A program made the translations under genes and the position numbers. The notes under the pieces are model-generated. The model was not told where the DNA came from. It saw nothing but the letters and a program-made list of their open reading frames with translations, and ran no database searches. A DNA stretch of 64,000 nucleotides from contig CM059440.1 in NCBI GenBank assembly GCA_030390025.1, forward strand, positions 15,872,001-15,936,000, written 5' to 3'. The stretch is from Squalus acanthias. Lineage: Eukaryota. Position 1 is the first letter of the stretch. The number at the start of each line of letters is the position of its first letter. This document shows positions 61,001-64,000 of the stretch, one piece after another.

Positions 61001-61217
61001 AAAATTACCAGTCATGCCAATAGAAATATTTTATGATAATACTTTTCCAGTCCTTACCACTGACATTTCATACCAGTAAAAATGACTCCCTTTTTCACAC
61101 CCAGTCTCTGTGTCAAACACTCCTTGATGAGGTGCAGTATGTGTTAGACACAGTGTGAAGCTCTCTTTAAAAAGCATACAAATGGCAAAGTCGTCTTAGC
61201 TGATACTGACATCCTTT

Positions 61218-61632
61218 GAGTTTAGACGGTTGAGGGGTGATCTAATCGTGGTCTTTAAAATAATAAAAGGATCCGATAGGCTAGATATAGGGAAACTATT
61301 TCCTCTGGTGGGGGAATCCAGAACAAGGGGGTTACAATCTTAAAATTAAAGCTGGGCCATTTAGGAGTGAAATCAGGAAGCACTTTTTTACACAAAGGGT
61401 AGTGGAAATCTGGAACTCTTTCTCTTCCCCCCCCACCCCCTAAAAGGCTGTGGATGCTGGGTCAATTGAAATTTTCAAGACCAAGATCGATAGATTTTTG
61501 TTAGGTAAGGGTATCAAGGGATATGAAACAAAGGCAGTAAAAGTTGAGGTACAGATCAGCCATGATCTAATTGAATGGTAGAACAGGCTCAAGGGACTGA
61601 ATGGCCTACTTCTATTACTATATTCCTATGTC
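61218..61632 (+). mobile_element. CR1 3' end
   Basis: agacggttgaggggtgatctaat (RRLRGDLI) ..acacaaagggtagtggaaatctggaac.. followed by the tail. Confidence 0.88.
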
Positions 61633-62129
61633 CCTCACCTTGATGAGCGCTTTCTTTTTTAAAAATCGCACGCTACATTGCATAGCAAATCTAAAAATCC
61701 CAATGTCACTAAAGAGATTGTGTGACCACTGACTTGTAGAGCAGCCCACTCTCCGTTTCTGAATATGATGGCCAAAATATCTTCAGTTTGATTCTTTCAC
61801 GCTCATGGGAATCAGCAATATCTTCATTGCCTTCTCGAGAGATAATTCGCACAGCTGAAAAACAAAACCGATGTTAAAATTGTTTGCCAGTCATGCTCAT
61901 TGTTGTAGAATTAATTTAAACAACAAGCTGAGACTCTGGGGATTGTTCACTCCCATGCAATAAACACAATGGAGCTGAAATTCCATGGCTATCATACAAG
62001 TCTCCCACTGTAACTCCAGTGGGAGACTGGCAGATCCCCAGGGAAATGGGGGGAAAGGCTGTGGTTATAGCGAGAGATTGATGGAAACTCTGCAGAATTT
62101 CAGCCTCAGTATATTTCCAGAGTTCTATT

Positions 62130-62625
62130 AAGAAAGAACTCATATTTATATAGGGTATTTCCTGTCCTATACAATGGCAATTAATGCTAGATCAATTGTT
62201 AATTTTAATCTGAGATTGATAGATTTTTGTTAATCAAAGGTATTAAGGGATATGGGCCAAAGGCAGGTATATGGAGTTAGGTCGCAGATCAGCCATGATC
62301 TCATGGAATGGCGGAACAGGCTCGAAGGCTCAATGGCCTACTCCTGTTCCTATGTTCCTCAGGGTGTCCCAAAGCGCTTTACAGCCAATAAGTTACTGTT
62401 TGTAGGCAAGGGTGGCAGCCAAATTGCACACAGCAAGATCCCACAAACAGCAAATGAGATAAATGGCCAATGTTTTGTGTTGGTTGAGGGATAAATGTTG
62501 GCCAGGACATCAGGAGAACTCTCCTGTCATGGGATCTTTTACATCCACCTCAGCAAGGAGGCAGGGTCTCAGTTTAACATTTCATCCAAAGACCGCACCC
62601 GCGCCCTCCTGTATTGCACTGAAGC
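62130..62625 (-). mobile_element. DeuSINE split by the CR1 tail at about 62170-62357
   Basis: Tail agaaagaactcatatttatatag at 62131; body cctcagggtgtcccaaagcgctttacagccaat from 62357. Confidence 0.7.
62170..62357 (+). mobile_element. CR1 3' tail
   Basis: gatagatttttg..ggtattaagggatatgg..cctactcctgttcctatgtt. Confidence 0.85.
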
Positions 62626-62650
62626 GTGAAGTCCCAGGTCATCTCACTTT

Positions 62651-62759
62651 TTCTTGTGACCTTGGCGGGAGATCCACGGAAACCCCGAAGAAACGGTATA
62701 AAAACCGTTCACGCCGTTTCTCCAGAAGTTTCTGTGGATCTTCCGCTCAAGTTACAGAA
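62651..62759. repeat. About 110-bp imperfect hairpin (foldback MITE-like)
   Basis: tgtgaccttggcgggagatccacggaaac / gtttctgtggatcttccgctcaagttaca; inner agaaacgg / ccgtttct. Confidence 0.7.
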
Positions 62760-63142
62760 GGCGATCAGGTCAACCCCCACGGACATTTTAACTCCACAAT
62801 ATTGAAGAAGCATGCACATTTGAAATTATTAAAAAGACTGCAGCAACCTTACTAGCAACTGTCATTTTGGACTGGCCTAGCACGGTGATATTGTTATGGT
62901 AACGGCTGTTCCAAGCTGTTGTTGTTAGCATGCTAGCTCACATCCCTCCCCAAAGGGAAAGTAATTGACCTTTTAACACTAGCTGACTGGCAGAGTATCT
63001 AAGTGAACTTTCCGTTTTCCTTCTGTATGTTTTGCTGTGTGGTATCAGAGTTATCAAACTTTTTACCCGTCATTATTTTAGCATTGTGGTGTTTGGATGA
63101 GTTAACAAAACTATGAACTCTGTATACACTTATAAAGAGTAA

Positions 63143-63849
63143 GGGGGAAAGATTGGGTTGCTTTGCCCCTCCCGTTAGCGCCCCGAAGCGCTACTGGCTA
63201 TTGCCGCGCCCCCAAGGGGGCGCTAACCTAGCACCCAGGTGCGGCGCCGCTAACGCCTCCCATGAAATTCAGCGGGAGGTTAGCAGCAGCGATAGCCGGT
63301 AGCGCTGCGCCTCCGACGATGATGCCATCACCGTGCGCAGCGCCCCGGCCACAAACTTCGCTCACACTCCCTGGCTTATCGCCGGACGCTATGTCCGACG
63401 GGGTCAGGGTGCCGAGTTTGCGGCCGGGGCGGCGCAAATTAAAGGGCAGGTGCCGGCCGGCCATTTTTTTTGGGCCACCTTCCAGCATCTGCCCCCTCTC
63501 GCCCCCTCGCCGCGATCGGTTAGCCTGCCACTCCTCTTGAGTGCTAGGCTCTTTTGCCGGCACCCCGCTCCCTAGTGGTCCAGCAGGGCCCCGGTGCGCG
63601 CTGTGCTAGGCCTTTAATGAGGGGAGGGAGACCTGTAGCACCACGGTGCTATGTGCCAATGCACGTGGCGCTGCTGCACTTAGTGCCGCGATATTCAATA
63701 GGAGCGCCCCAAGAGGGAGGGGGAGCGCTTCCAGTAGTGCCACGCCTCCTGCTTGGGGCGCTACCATTCAATTTCAGGCGCGGGAGCGCTAAAAGTAGCG
63801 CCACGGCGAAGTTAGTGCCCCGAAGGGGGCACGGCCCAATTTTTCCCCC
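63143..63849. mobile_element. PIF/Harbinger-type MITE
   Basis: TIRs gggggaaagattggg / cccaatttttccccc; flanks taa and gaa; left end matches 26263, right end matches 27487 reversed. Confidence 0.85.
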
Positions 63850-64000
63850 GAAGTGCTTTGTAGCTTAGATGCCTCATAAATGCACAATATTCAAAGAGGT
63901 ATTGCTACTCAAAAATAAAAATGCTAGAATTTTTTATAACTATAACCATTAACAAACATTTTCCACTCCTGGATAAATTGTATTAGAGCCCTGTTGTTCA

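Noticed and set aside
1-64000. Prokaryotic-style system (operon, CRISPR array, defence locus)
   Set aside because: No long intact ORFs or regularly spaced repeats; the content is vertebrate-type repeats.

Overview
Eukaryotic, AT-rich, CpG-depleted DNA dense in transposable elements. The repeat repertoire (DeuSINE/SacSINE1-like SINEs, many CR1 and L2 LINEs, Penelope-type palindromes, GC-rich PIF/Harbinger elements) suggests an intron or intergenic region of a cartilaginous fish; this is an inference. No intact host protein-coding gene, rRNA, tRNA gene or CRISPR array is supported. Main contents: (1) a 3.75-kb decayed CR1 LINE with an SGNH-esterase ORF1 and an APE+RT ORF2, inserted into a DeuSINE; (2) many truncated CR1 and L2 3' ends; (3) about 12 copies of a second, old tRNA-headed SINE; (4) a 1.8-kb deleted Harbinger transposon retaining a Myb/SANT domain, plus at least five Harbinger-type MITEs with 3-bp target-site duplications (TSDs); (5) two small Penelope-type insertions with long TSDs and minimal hammerhead-ribozyme cores. 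The best of these (50916-51118) is a near-perfect 81-bp-arm hairpin with a differently broken hammerhead core and an AATAAA on each strand. All coordinates were read by eye; boundaries of old repeats are approximate, and family names come from recalled consensus features, not database searches.
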